Assembly: GCF_006345805.1 (NCBI RefSeq)
Contig: NC_043011.1
Span: 66,600,464 to 66,664,463, forward strand
Reading direction: 5' to 3'
Source: Octopus sinensis
Lineage: Eukaryota
DNA length: 64,000 bases
In this document: in pieces, positions 12,071-23,629 of the stretch
How the letters are laid out: every line of letters begins with the position of its first letter
Numbering within the stretch: the first letter of the stretch is position 1
The notes under the pieces: model-generated
Database searches by the model: none
What the model was told of the DNA's origin: nothing
The model's input: only the letters and a program-made list of their open reading frames with translations
Translations under genes and position numbers: made by a program

Positions 12071-13011
12071 ATACACATATACACATATACATATATAATA
12101 GATATGCATAAATATATATATATATATATTTATATGTGTGTGTGTGTGTGTGTGTTTTTGTTTGTGTGTGTATGTGTAATGCATATATGCATGTATGTTA
12201 GTATTACATAAAGTACTTCAGACCGTGTCCACAAAATCTGTATTACCTAACATTGCATTATTCTGATAATTTAGTGCCTCGACATTTTCTTTGAGGTGCT
12301 CTTATCTAAGGAAAGGTCATGCGACATTGGAATACACACAAGAAACTTTACTTACCGGAATTGTTGGATATGATGTAAAAAATGATCGAAGAATCGGTTG
12401 TTGCAAAAGTAGGTAATTGATATTAGGATAAGGTAACATTGACGAGTGTAATTTGTATGCGTGAGTCTGTCAACAAACTGTCCGAAAAAGCTTCAGAAAT
12501 AATGGCCAAATTCGGAGTCTTAAAACAACTGTACATCAACAAATCAGCTTTACGTTTGTTCAGGCCTAATATGCAAATGGCTTCACAAATTCTTCAGTAA
12601 GATGATGTCCAACGAAAATAATTTATCTGATTTTGTTGTACACCAAACAGTGTAACTGGTCAAAGGCTAGAAGGAACTAGGTTTGGAAAACTTTTAGCCA
12701 AGTCATCTGGATGTTAGCTTGAGGAATTCCAAATCTCTTACGAGTGTTGTAATCGAGTGAAAGTCGATTATGTATCAAAGACAAAAAAACAAAAGGAGTA
12801 ATTAAAATGTAAACAAGCAGTTTTCTTTTCGCTTCGCATTATATTTAATACCACGGGTTGTTTCCGCCCAAAAGATTCAGATGTTTTACCTGAGAAATGT
12901 TGAAGGAACAGAAACTGCTCGATGTTTTGCATATATATATATATATATATATCAACGTTTCGAAATCAGTCGATTGTGATCTATATAAGGTAGGCAAGTC
13001 GACGGATTAGT

Positions 13012-13061
13012 GGGTCACTGACGAAGATTGATTAACTCTGAAACCAGAGCTGATATGACTC
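13012..13061 (+). ncRNA. near-intact type-I hammerhead ribozyme
   Basis: GGGTCA (I) - CTGACGA - AGATTGATTAACTCT (II) - GAAA - CCAGAGCTGAT - A - TGACTC (I'); 6-bp stem I, intact core, one mismatch at the base of stem III. Confidence 0.75.
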
Positions 13062-16000
13062 CATCTCACTTGTCGTGGAAGGGGAGCCTGTCTCTCTCGC
13101 CAGCCGTTAGGAACGTGGTCTCGTATGGTTAAGAGTTGCTTTGATTCTTATTTCTAGCGATGCTGGTGCTTCCCAGAACCTTCCCTCACTTTACTGACAA
13201 CGATATATATATGTATGACCGTCCAGTTTCAGGCTATTTGGCTCACATCAGCCGCGCGCACCTACGCAATGGATTGATAACTAAGATCCACGTCTGCCAG
13301 CGATATAGTCTAAACAAAGTGGAATCGGCCACTGATTTCCAACATCCAAAGTAGTTAGTTATACAATCTGAAGAAGTGATAGGGTTAGGTATACTAAACG
13401 GTAAACCCACAGTTTACAATGAAATTGCAGGTATATTAAATAAAATGATTTAATGACAAAATACTTTTTCAGAAATGCTAAATCTTGTAAAGGAAATGCA
13501 GGTATGTATATTTTTGGTAAGAAATATATGGAGCCCCACGATGATCTCAAACACAAACTACTACAAGTGCTACTTGTTACCGTCTTTGCAAATTACAAAT
13601 CAATCCATTGAAACATAGAAATTGAAGTGTGTGCGCATAATGTGCTCACGTGCTGTATCTGAGTTTTAATCTAGATGGAGTATTTTGATTTTGAGACGAA
13701 ATATTATCACCGCATTTCGATGGGAAAGAAGGAATGGAAACCGAAATTCTATTCGGAATGTAACTTACCAAAGAAGCGGTAATATCATATCTCAATGATT
13801 ATATTATATCGTATCTCAATGTTTAGTTTGAGAACTTGATATTCTCAATAATACTTAAAATAACCCGAGTGTCTTCTACCACTAACACGACAATCATGTA
13901 TACAGTGATACCTAGTGCACCTCAAAGATAAAACTGCTGTCCAAAATTACAGTTCGGAAAAAAAGACTTTAATTGTTGCCGGTAAGTATATAGATACATA
14001 TATACGTGCATGCGTACATACATACGTACATGCATGAATGCATACATACATGCTTACGTACATATATACATACGCACCCGCATACATGTAGACAACGCTG
14101 TTAAGAACTTAATAAGGAACGAAAACCGATTAAAGCTGGTCAACCTTTTTTTCCAGTCTACAGGAGAATAGCCAGATTAGCATTGCTTTTATATTTATAA
14201 TATATTATAATATACATACCTTGATATTGTAGTATATGCGCTTAGATTCCTGTTGACGGGCGCCTGATATTAATTGTGTTTCGATTACGACATGCTAATT
14301 TTACCGCCAGTTCTCTTACCTACTAGAATTACTGAGTATAAAAATAGATTGGAGGAGGGTGTTGATTCTTTGGGATTGGTAAGATGGTGGTCAAGTCTAG
14401 ATAATTCTGAGGAGATATCAATAATATTCGAAAATAGATTAAGGATGTTCATTGTTTTATGAACCTATGGAACAAGAGCTGAATTATCTCTGGTGATATA
14501 TCTATTACATATGTGTCGTAGATACATATAAGTCTCTGTGTGTGTATGTGTGTATGTGTGTATGTCTGTGTGCGTGTGTGTAATATTTTTTGTGATTCTT
14601 TTAAAAAATGAATTATGTTACCGGCGATAAACTTCCTTATCATTTTCAAATATGCGAAGCTAACGTATGATTGAAGTATATGAAAAGACGTTTATATCAA
14701 CAACAAATAATCAGATTTTCCTCGAATACCTACAAATACCTAAATGTGAACCGGCGGTGCTATATAACTGGATGAGGTGAAACAATGCAGCATCTACATC
14801 ACTTCGGGGCATCTAGTAATCACATCGGGATAAGACGGCATACAGGTACCATAAACTTTAATTCCTGTAAAGCCTTATACAGATTGACCCGCAGTATGCT
14901 TAATAAATAATCACAATTTGAATTATTAAAGTAACACAGGTTGAAATGGATTTTTTAGAATCAGACTATATACTCATTCGCAGTATCTTGTCAGAGCCCT
15001 CTCAAAATCACTGTATGGAGTGACTTCACCTTCAGAATTTACATAAAATGCATTTCAAGTGTCATCAAATGCTCTAGGATAAATATCTTCGAAGACATTA
15101 CTAACTTCCAATTCCTTTTAGGAGTATACCGTAACTGAGTGTAAAAATAATAAGGAAAATTAGCGAAGCCCATGAATATTTCATAGAATTAATGGTAAAG
15201 TTATTGTTCTATTTCTGAAACCTTTACTCGAAGAACCTGAATACGAACCTGTGTTGCGTCTATATTAAAAGATATTCGCTCATTTGCTAATCACTGAAAG
15301 GTGAAAGCAATAGGAATACAATGATTGCTCAATGCACTTTAGATATACACTCTATATAATTTATGCGCAATTTTATAAACTTAATAAACAAAATCTCCCT
15401 GTTTCTCTCTCATTCTTCGCTTTACCCAATTTTTTCTTCCCTTTTTCTTTTGTTCTTCCCATTTCCCTTCAAATAACCATGTGGAAGATTTACAAGCGGG
15501 GGTTGAATAACGAGGAAGAAAACTTAGTTAACAAAGTAAATTTTCACACATAACAACTCCCCCCCCCCGCTTAAATCCGATTGACAAACATAAAATAGTG
15601 ACAGAGCAGATAGACAACTAGATCACACATATTTATATCTATATTACATTAACGAACAGGAAGAAAAAATTGGAGAATATTTGTCACATATCTACTTACC
15701 AACTATGCTAAGCAAGATATATGTAGAATATTTCATGGAGTATTTTCCTGTTTAAATCAGTATTTCGTCATATTGTGGCAGCTTAAACGTTCTATTTCTT
15801 TTAAGTAAATAGGATGTAACATGTGTTTCAGCTGAACACGTAGGCATATAAATGTCTTGTGTGACATGCTACGCGGTAATATATTTGTAAATATTTATTG
15901 ATATGGAAAACAGATATGGCACTATCGGCTGGCGTAAATCTGAAGCATATCTCGTTAGTAAATAACCTAACAAAAGCAAAGCAGCCATCTGAAAGAATGA

Positions 16001-16743
16001 ATGATTATGTACACTCCCTATCTCAGCGAGTGTATATATGTGCGTAAATGCATATGTGTGTAAACGCGCATAATCGAAGTTTTCAATATTTCCCCCCCCC
16101 CCCACACACACATATATATATATAGGAAGAGCTTACGAAAAAAAAAAACAAAGACGAAGACAGGTGGTGTACAAAACAAACAGATGTATTAGTATAACGC
16201 TCAGGAATAGAAAAAGTATTTTATGTTTCGAGACTGCGCTCTTCCACAGAAGGGACACAGAAAAAACAAAGAGAGAAGCAAAGAGAGAAAAAATGTTTGT
16301 GCTGGCTAACGATCTATCATGGCAACTGACTCGGACAGAAGGGTCTCACACATAGAAGACAGTTGCACTGAAATGATTTAAACTTAGATGTTTTTACAGG
16401 GGTTCGATTCCGCATGGTACGAAAGGCTATAATAAAGACGAAGATGAGCGGGTATAGAGGCAATTATTCGGATATATGCTTTAGGAACATTAAATATAGT
16501 AAATTTATCAAATATATAGTTCGGGTATGAAATATAAAAGGTGTATATATGTATACATGCAAAACGGGAGAAAGGATAATGTGAAGATTTTCATCTGAGA
16601 AATTTTAAACGTAAATATATAGATATTTATACTTAAATGTCCAACTTACACAGAGTATAAACGGCAGAGAAAATTAAAGAATTGGAAGAAAGTTGTTGTG
16701 AGTCCAACAGCTATTTCTGGGGGCTTACATATCTATAATGACG

Positions 16744-17775
16744 TTGTATGTTTTGGATGGCACCATTTATACATGAGCTGTAATGCCTGTTTGTGTGTTT
16801 ATAGTATTTATGAATGGCGATGGTGGTGTCGCTTGTAATTATCATTATATCTAGAATTGTAATCTGATGTTATTCACTTCCTTTGTAAATCGGAGGGTTG
16901 GGTGCAAATTGTTCAGAAGGGTATTAAATTCTTGCGGTGTATATAGAGATTTTTCCAGATTACGAAGAAATCGTCTAGGTTTCTCACTCATGCATTTGCA
17001 ATATATATTCAGTGTCGTAGTTTTCCTCTAATCCAAAACATACAAAACTCAATATCCATACTGCCGAAACAGAGAAAAGTGCACCTTTGTGGAATACGTA
17101 AATACCAGAGTTAAACGCCAAACAGAACTCAAAGAATTTCTACTCAAACAAAATTTCACATTCCCGCTCACAAAAAATGATATACAGCGTGCTACAGAAA
17201 TATCCATACCATAACTTAAGGCTACCAAAAAATGAAGAATACAAGAACAGGTACTACCATTAATAGTGACACACAGTCATGCCACCAAAATGTCTTTTGC
17301 ATTGCCAAAGCAATCTCATAGATCATTGCTCAATGTAATGAATTATATTATATAATCACAGATTGGGCTATGGTTCTAAGTTAAAAATAGAAAAAAACAG
17401 CTTAAGAATTTGAAACAATTATAATAGAGGCAAAGTTTGATCTAAGCAACAATGACGAATCGTTCATTGTAACTAAATGCAATCATAATCGATGTGGTAC
17501 ATCTTAGTTCATACATACCGGTCAGTATATGAACAGAAAACCGGAACAATGTTTACAAATGCAAATATGAACTGCAAAAGCAGAAATTTAATTTAATGCA
17601 GCAAATGCCAGAATTATGAATTGTGATATATGTTGGTCAGACGGAGAATGCATTATCGGAACATTCACGTGTGTACGGACAGCAAATTAGGGACTGTTAC
17701 GTCCCTTTAAGCAACCATCTTTAAGCTACATGTGATTAAAAAATGTATATTTCCATTCTACAAACTACGCACATC
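16744..17775. mobile_element. Penelope-like element relic with 5' inversion: RT piece on minus (16744-17010), RT C-terminus plus GIY-YIG region on plus (17031-17775)
   Basis: Minus: NLDDFFVIW..LLNNLHPTLRFTKE..FLDIMII..CHPKHT. Plus: PKHTKLNI..KCNHNRCGT..NMNCKSRNLI..GQQIRD..VPLSNHL..PFYKL; many stops and frameshifts. Confidence 0.75.
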
Positions 17776-18232
17776 AAATCAAGTTGAGAGAAAATTCAGA
17801 GAAAAGTATTTTATTCATAAATTCAAACCCGTTATAAATGGATAGTTTATTATAATGATGATGGTGATAATAATAAGTGCTACTACTACAACTGCTACCA
17901 ACGCGACCACTAACAACAACAATAATGAAAGGGATGGGGAGGACGGTAGCTGAGTTGACCAAATTATCATTAAGTCGATTGAAATGTAAAAAATTCTGGA
18001 ATAGTAAGATTAGAATTCAATGAAAACAAGAATGTGGATTACAAAATTAAAAAAATATAGGCAACTAATTCTTCCTCTATGTGCGCTCAAAGTAAAGAAT
18101 ACATAGCGTGCCCACGACCTTTGACTTCTAAGCCACAAACTGATTGGTCAGAATTGGTTCGCCCATTGGAGAGTAATTAAAGGATAAATTCAACCATTCA
18201 CTACAGTTCTTAATTGTTGTAAACCACTGCCA

Positions 18233-18280
18233 CTACATACGTCTGATGATTGCGTAATGCATGAAAGTACTAGCTTATTT
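18233..18280 (+). ncRNA. candidate minimal type-I hammerhead ribozyme
   Basis: CTGATGA (18243-49), T-TGCG-TAA-TGCA-T, GAAA (18263-66), palindromic AGTACT, A17; stem I ACATACGT/GCTTATTT pairs 6 of 8. Confidence 0.55.
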
Positions 18281-18389
18281 CAATATTGTAAAATTGAAAA
18301 AAAATGCAAATAGTAAAAATGAAAATAAGATTTCAGGTCTCCTCTGAAGTTGGGTTGCTGTAGTATTATCGGAACGCTGTTGTGCATAA

Positions 18390-19062
18390 CTTTACTCCGT
18401 ATGTGGCTCGTGCAAAGTAGTCTTATTCGGTAACTTAAGCTTTATGATATCGAAATAGGCCATAGTACAGCGAAAGAAACCTGAACCATCTTTGGTGTGA
18501 ACTGCAAAGGCGTATCTGGCCACAGCACAGTATCCAGTGTGTTCAAGAAATTGAACATCAACGTCTTGAAAATTCCAGGGGGATTCAGAGGTCGTATTTC
18601 CAGCTGTACTGGGTAACACACACTGAGAGCATATCAGACGATCATGGCATGTTACGGACGTATGCTATTTTGTAGCCAAAAGATTCAGCTTGTTTAACAG
18701 ATTGCGAATTCTTCCACTGCAAGCTCTGTTACCGCTCGAATGCCACGGAATAAGAGTCAGGAACTGAAGGATGTCAAACTAATGCTACACCTAGCGTATA
18801 GTGCAGAAATAGGGTCCTCACATTATGCCTCGTTCCCATCCATTACTCATGTCCTACGCTCCTGATATTTCGCCATCCAAGATGAGGCGGAATCTTCAGT
18901 GAAAGAGTTCTTTCCTCTCGAGAGACAATAACTGCTACCATCATGGGATCAAAGAACTAGCAGAATTGTAGCCCTCACTTCGGAACACGATGGATACATT
19001 TGTTATAACTTGAAAAATATATTACATAATTTACGAAAATATTGCAAAATGTCAGACTCAAT

Positions 19063-19066
<4 letters not shown>
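18390..19066 (+). mobile_element. highly degraded mariner relic with right end
   Basis: LYDIEIGHSTAKET..VSGHSTV (N-terminal HTH-like), SYAPDISPS..EAESSVKEFF..YHHGIKELAE; ends ..GCAAAATGTCAGACTCAATACAA|TA. Confidence 0.6.
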
Positions 19067-19093
<27 letters not shown>

Positions 19094-19101
<8 letters not shown>

Positions 19102-19403
19102 ATCACGTGACCGACCAGACCATCAGATGTTGTTACACATCGCTGTTCACAATGCGTTAGCATTGTTTTAGCCTTCGAATGACGCCACCCCGCTGGCTAA
19201 GCCAGCAGGCCAACAGAAGAAAGAGTGGGAGAAAGAGTGGTGGAAGAGTACAGCAGGGAACACTACCCCCTGCCGGAGCCTCGTGGAGCCTTTTTAGGTG
19301 TTTTTCGCTCAATAAACACTCACAACGCCCGCTCTGGGAATCGAAACCGCGATCCTGCGACCGCGAGTCCGCTGCTCTAACCACTAGGCCACTGCGTCTC
19401 CAC
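19094..19403 (-). mobile_element. tRNA-derived SINE, family C, alternative tail
   Basis: A-box TGGCCTAGTGG, B-box GTTTCGATTCC; head and core match 8428-8693 but the 3' part differs. Confidence 0.85.
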
Positions 19404-20059
19404 ACACACACACACACACAACACACACACACACACACACATATTTTTCATTATTTTTTCTAAAAATACTCTAGTAAACACGGTTATAGAACGAGCATAC
19501 ATTGGCAGAAACGTACTTTTAGTGCATATAAGTAGTCTCTATCATTATATATAGTTTAAACTTTAATTTCCTTTATATTTAACATTCACTATTAATATCC
19601 CTACTCTTTCTGTTAGCTACTTATGACGTTATATCATATAACGTCTTTTTAAACAATATTAATAGCGTTCTGTCTATCGCTATACGAATCCATCATTTTT
19701 TGCTAAAATGTCGTATTGACGAGTTTCGTTTTTTCACTTTCCCGAAGAGAAGATTGCATTGTTTATACCTTCTATTCTTTTGAATAAGTATCAGTGGAAT
19801 TTTCGAAACATATGTAGAAAGTAAAAATACTTGTTTAAACCTGCGTTAACTCCATTTTTTATTCATTATTATTCAAATATTCAACGTAAACACGAAGTTT
19901 CAACCTTTATAAACAAGGAGTTACAACATCTTTACTTGTGAGATTTTTGCTGCCCTGGTAACTATTTATTTATTTTTCCGTGTTAATTGTTAACAAGGTA
20001 AAATACACTCATCTATTTATATATATATATATAATATAATATATAGATATATATATATA

Positions 20060-20093
<34 letters not shown>

Positions 20094-21485
20094 TTATCGG
20101 TGTGTGTGTGTGTGTCTATACATACACACACATGTATGTGAGTGTCTATACATACACACACACTCACACGCGCACGCACACACACACGCACACACACACA
20201 TATATATATATGAACTCTCACATCTACAGATTTGTCAGAATTAAAATATGCCTACTCTTGTGTTAAGCGATATACGATATCATATATTTAACGTATAAAG
20301 TTGTGGGTGACTTCCGGATTTTCGTAATAATTCCACAGTAGTGGGAGATGTAGAATAACTCTAATATTTCAAAATAATACACATATATACTAATAGTATC
20401 ATATTTATTTATATAAGTAAAAGAGTTCCAATCTCAGTCACGAATACGGGTTGGACTTCCACCTGTAAATAGAAATAAAAATATTGTTGGTCAAACATAT
20501 TTTGACAGACATTTAATGTAAATTACGCACGTAATTTCACTTTGCTTCTTTCCGTACTTTCATTCGTATTCTGTTTGGTTACGTTTTTATGGAGTGTTGT
20601 GGGTTTAAAATATATAATAAACTATTTTTTTCTGTAGTAGTTTACTTGTAGACACACGAGGGTGGACAGGGGAGGGTGATTGAATTTCATTCACGTTTTG
20701 AATTCGGCGGTACTGACGCTGAATATTATCTGTCCGATACCGTTAGGTGGAGAGATATGTGAAGATTCCACTACCTTTGAATTATTCAAGCATTTTGTTT
20801 TTTCTGGGAGCCCCTTTTTAAGTAGAAGAAATAGCTGACGGTTTTTGGCTGCTATTTCTAAGCTACGGTATGCGGTAAAGCAAATCTTTGCTGAACCCTA
20901 ATTATTTAGTATTAATAACCTATATATATATTCTTTTCGCGTCCAGCTTTTTTATGGTCAAATTAGGCCAGATCTGCGTATCAGACCGTAGTGTATAATG
21001 TATTTCTAATCATATTCTTTGTGCCTTGAGATAACCACATTGTCTGAATAGAAGGTCACGTTTGGATAGGTACTACCTGTTACACTTATCTCACATTTGT
21101 TGAGTGTATATATTCATGAATTTTATGATCTGTCATTGTACAATGTTTTTAAGATTTCATGCACCCTCGATGATGTTACTAATTGACTAACTGCGATATG
21201 TCTTAAAACTTTTACTCTGTCCTGTGGAACAATCTCTGGACGTAATAATGAAGAAGTTACATCGCAATAAATTTTGACTATATGTTATTCATCTAACGCA
21301 TGTATTTCACTGTAGATCTCAGAGGGAGATATTGTAATATACGTGTATCAGCATTTTACACGGTCCTTTCAAATTAAATAAAAAGGAAATGAACATGTAA
21401 TTCTTGTAAAAAAAATATTTGTTTAAATCCTGAGGCTTTACAGCATGTTTTCTGTTTACGTTCGTGTTTTATATAGTATACCTCT

Positions 21486-21895
21486 CTTTTACTTTCCCTT
21501 GTTTCAGTCGTTTGACTGCGGCCATGCTGGAGCACCGCCCTGTAGTCGAGCAAATCGACCCGAGAACTTATTCTTTGTAAGCCTAGTACTTATTCTATCG
21601 GTTCTTTTGCTGAACGGCTAAGTTACGGGGACATAAACACACCAGCATCAGTTGTCAAGCGATGCTGGGGAGACAAACACAGACACACAAACACACACAC
21701 ACACACACATATATATTTATATATACATATATACACATACGACGGGCTTCTTTCAGTTTCCGTCTACCAAATCTACTCACAAGGCTTTGGTCGGCCCGAG
21801 GCTATAGTAGGAGACACTTGCCCGAGGTGCCACGCAGTGGGACTGAACCCAGAACCATGTGGTTGGTAAGCAAGCTACTTACCACACAGCCACTC
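21486..21895 (-). mobile_element. octopus-type CORE-containing tRNA-SINE, family B (head GAGTGGCTGTGTGGTAAGTAGCTTGCTTACC)
   Basis: Head, CORE-like GGCACCT(T/C)GGGCAAGTGTCT, internal (CA/TA)n and GCTCCAGCATGGCCGCAGTC tail; same as 40200, 44624, 45668 and 59637. Confidence 0.92.
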
Positions 21896-22949
21896 GTGTG
21901 CCTAACTGGAAATGTTTCATACACCGTTTCACTTATAAGAAAACGACAGTTACCTTTACGCCAGAAATGTTTCAGTTTATATCACATCGAATTCGACGAA
22001 ATACCTTTCATATTGACGACACCTGTAGTAATATGTTAACAATTGGAAGAAGAAACATATTGCTAATCACAACTATATTGCCACAACTTGGTTTCCTCGT
22101 CGTATATTCCTAAAAGGAAAACGTTGAAATATTTCGAAATAAATCAATCTGCTTGTTTAAAAGTAAAATTAAAAAGAGTTATCAAATATTGTGCAGATAT
22201 CAAATAACTATCTCATTTCTTTTTTGCAATAATGACTAAAATAATGCAACTTACTTACCAAACACTTATGGAAATGTATGAATTCGTAGTAACCCATACA
22301 ATATCGATTTTTACTTGAGAAACATTTGTAAAACTTGTCGAAGGTCCTGGAACATAAAATAGCACTGAAAATAGTACATTCAGGTACTTTTGTATAGATT
22401 ATATTCTTATGATCTAATGTCTAATCTATTCTGCGCTCAAACAGGCCTTCCGTGTGACCGAGAGGTGTTTGTAAAATGAACAAAAGACAATATTCAGTTA
22501 AGAAAATAATCAATTTTCAACTATATAAGTTTGTCTCAAATAACGCCATCACAGTAAAATGCATATTCACAGTAAACTATATTACTCAGAGATAAATGGT
22601 TGGAGTAAACAATGCTAATGAAATAAAGCGGGTAAATTTTAAACATTTACAATTCGAAATAAACATTCATATTTAACGAACTGTTGCCTAATGCGTTTCT
22701 TACCCACTTTTCTCCATTAGAGATCTGACCTTTATAAATAAACGCAGGATTTGGCCCACTTCGAAGGTGAATTAGCGGCACAAATAGCGTTTGTTACATC
22801 TGGGGTAGTTACGATCATATGACCGCCTTAATTGTACAGGGAGATAAAATATATAAGCCAAAGGTTTCGTTTCGTCAACTTTAACCACGCAAATAGATCT
22901 ATAATATTCATAACATTACAGATTTTATGGCAACAAATATATATCAATA

Positions 22950-23160
22950 TGGCAGTGAGCTAGCAGATTCGTTAGTAGGCCGGGGAAACGCTTAGTGACA
23001 TTTCGTCCGTCTTTATTCTCGGAGACTAAATTCTGCCGGGATCAACTTTGCCTGCCATCATTTCGGAACCCATTAAACTATGGGATGAAAACTACGGTCG
23101 ATGTAATTGATTTACCCAATCTTCGACATTACTGGCTTTGTGTGAAAATTGCAAATCAAT
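22950..23160 (+). mobile_element. old diverged SINE family A copy
   Basis: GGCAGTGAGCTAGCAGATTCGTTAG..CTTAGTGACATTTCGTC..GATCAACTTTGCC..GGTCGATGTAATTGATT. Confidence 0.7.
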
Positions 23161-23629
23161 AAATCACTACCAAAATTTTAATTATAACATTCATAGAAGT
23201 AATAAGAGTATATATACCTGCAGAAGTTCGGAGTCCTGTCCACTACATGAAAAACGTGATTGCAATATCGTTTTGCCTCTACAACGCAATCGAGTGCCAC
23301 AGCAACACCTAAAACATTGGAAATTGCATTTCTGAATGGATTTTAACGACTTGGAATATTTATAACAAAACATCACCATCATTTATGTTGGGTTCGAATT
23401 CGTATCATCGAGGGAAAGCATATGATTGTTTGAAGTTTGACTTGGTGAGTTTGTACGTATGATTGTGACATTTTAGCATGGTACATGTTGGACAGGGGTT
23501 TCTTTTATAGGATTTCACAATGTAGTTACAAATATTTAGACATATGGATAAGTGTTTCATCTACATGTAGACAATGGGATTAAATATTATAAATATACAT
23601 TTACCCTGCAGCAAAACATTCGTCACTAC

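Noticed and set aside
12885-12930. CTGAGAAA-TGTT-GAAGG-AACA-GAAA hammerhead-like string
   Set aside because: The core does not match CUGANGA and no stem I or III pairing was found.
13368-13415. CTGAAGA followed by AGT..ACT-AAAC
   Set aside because: It lacks GAAA and flanking stems; chance or too decayed to call.
15700-15988. Minus-strand segment with a good acceptor (TTCTTTCAG|ATG), a signal-peptide-like MAALLLLGYLL and a TTG|GTAAGT donor
   Set aside because: All three frames contain stops between acceptor and donor; at best a non-coding exon, which cannot be supported without RNA data.
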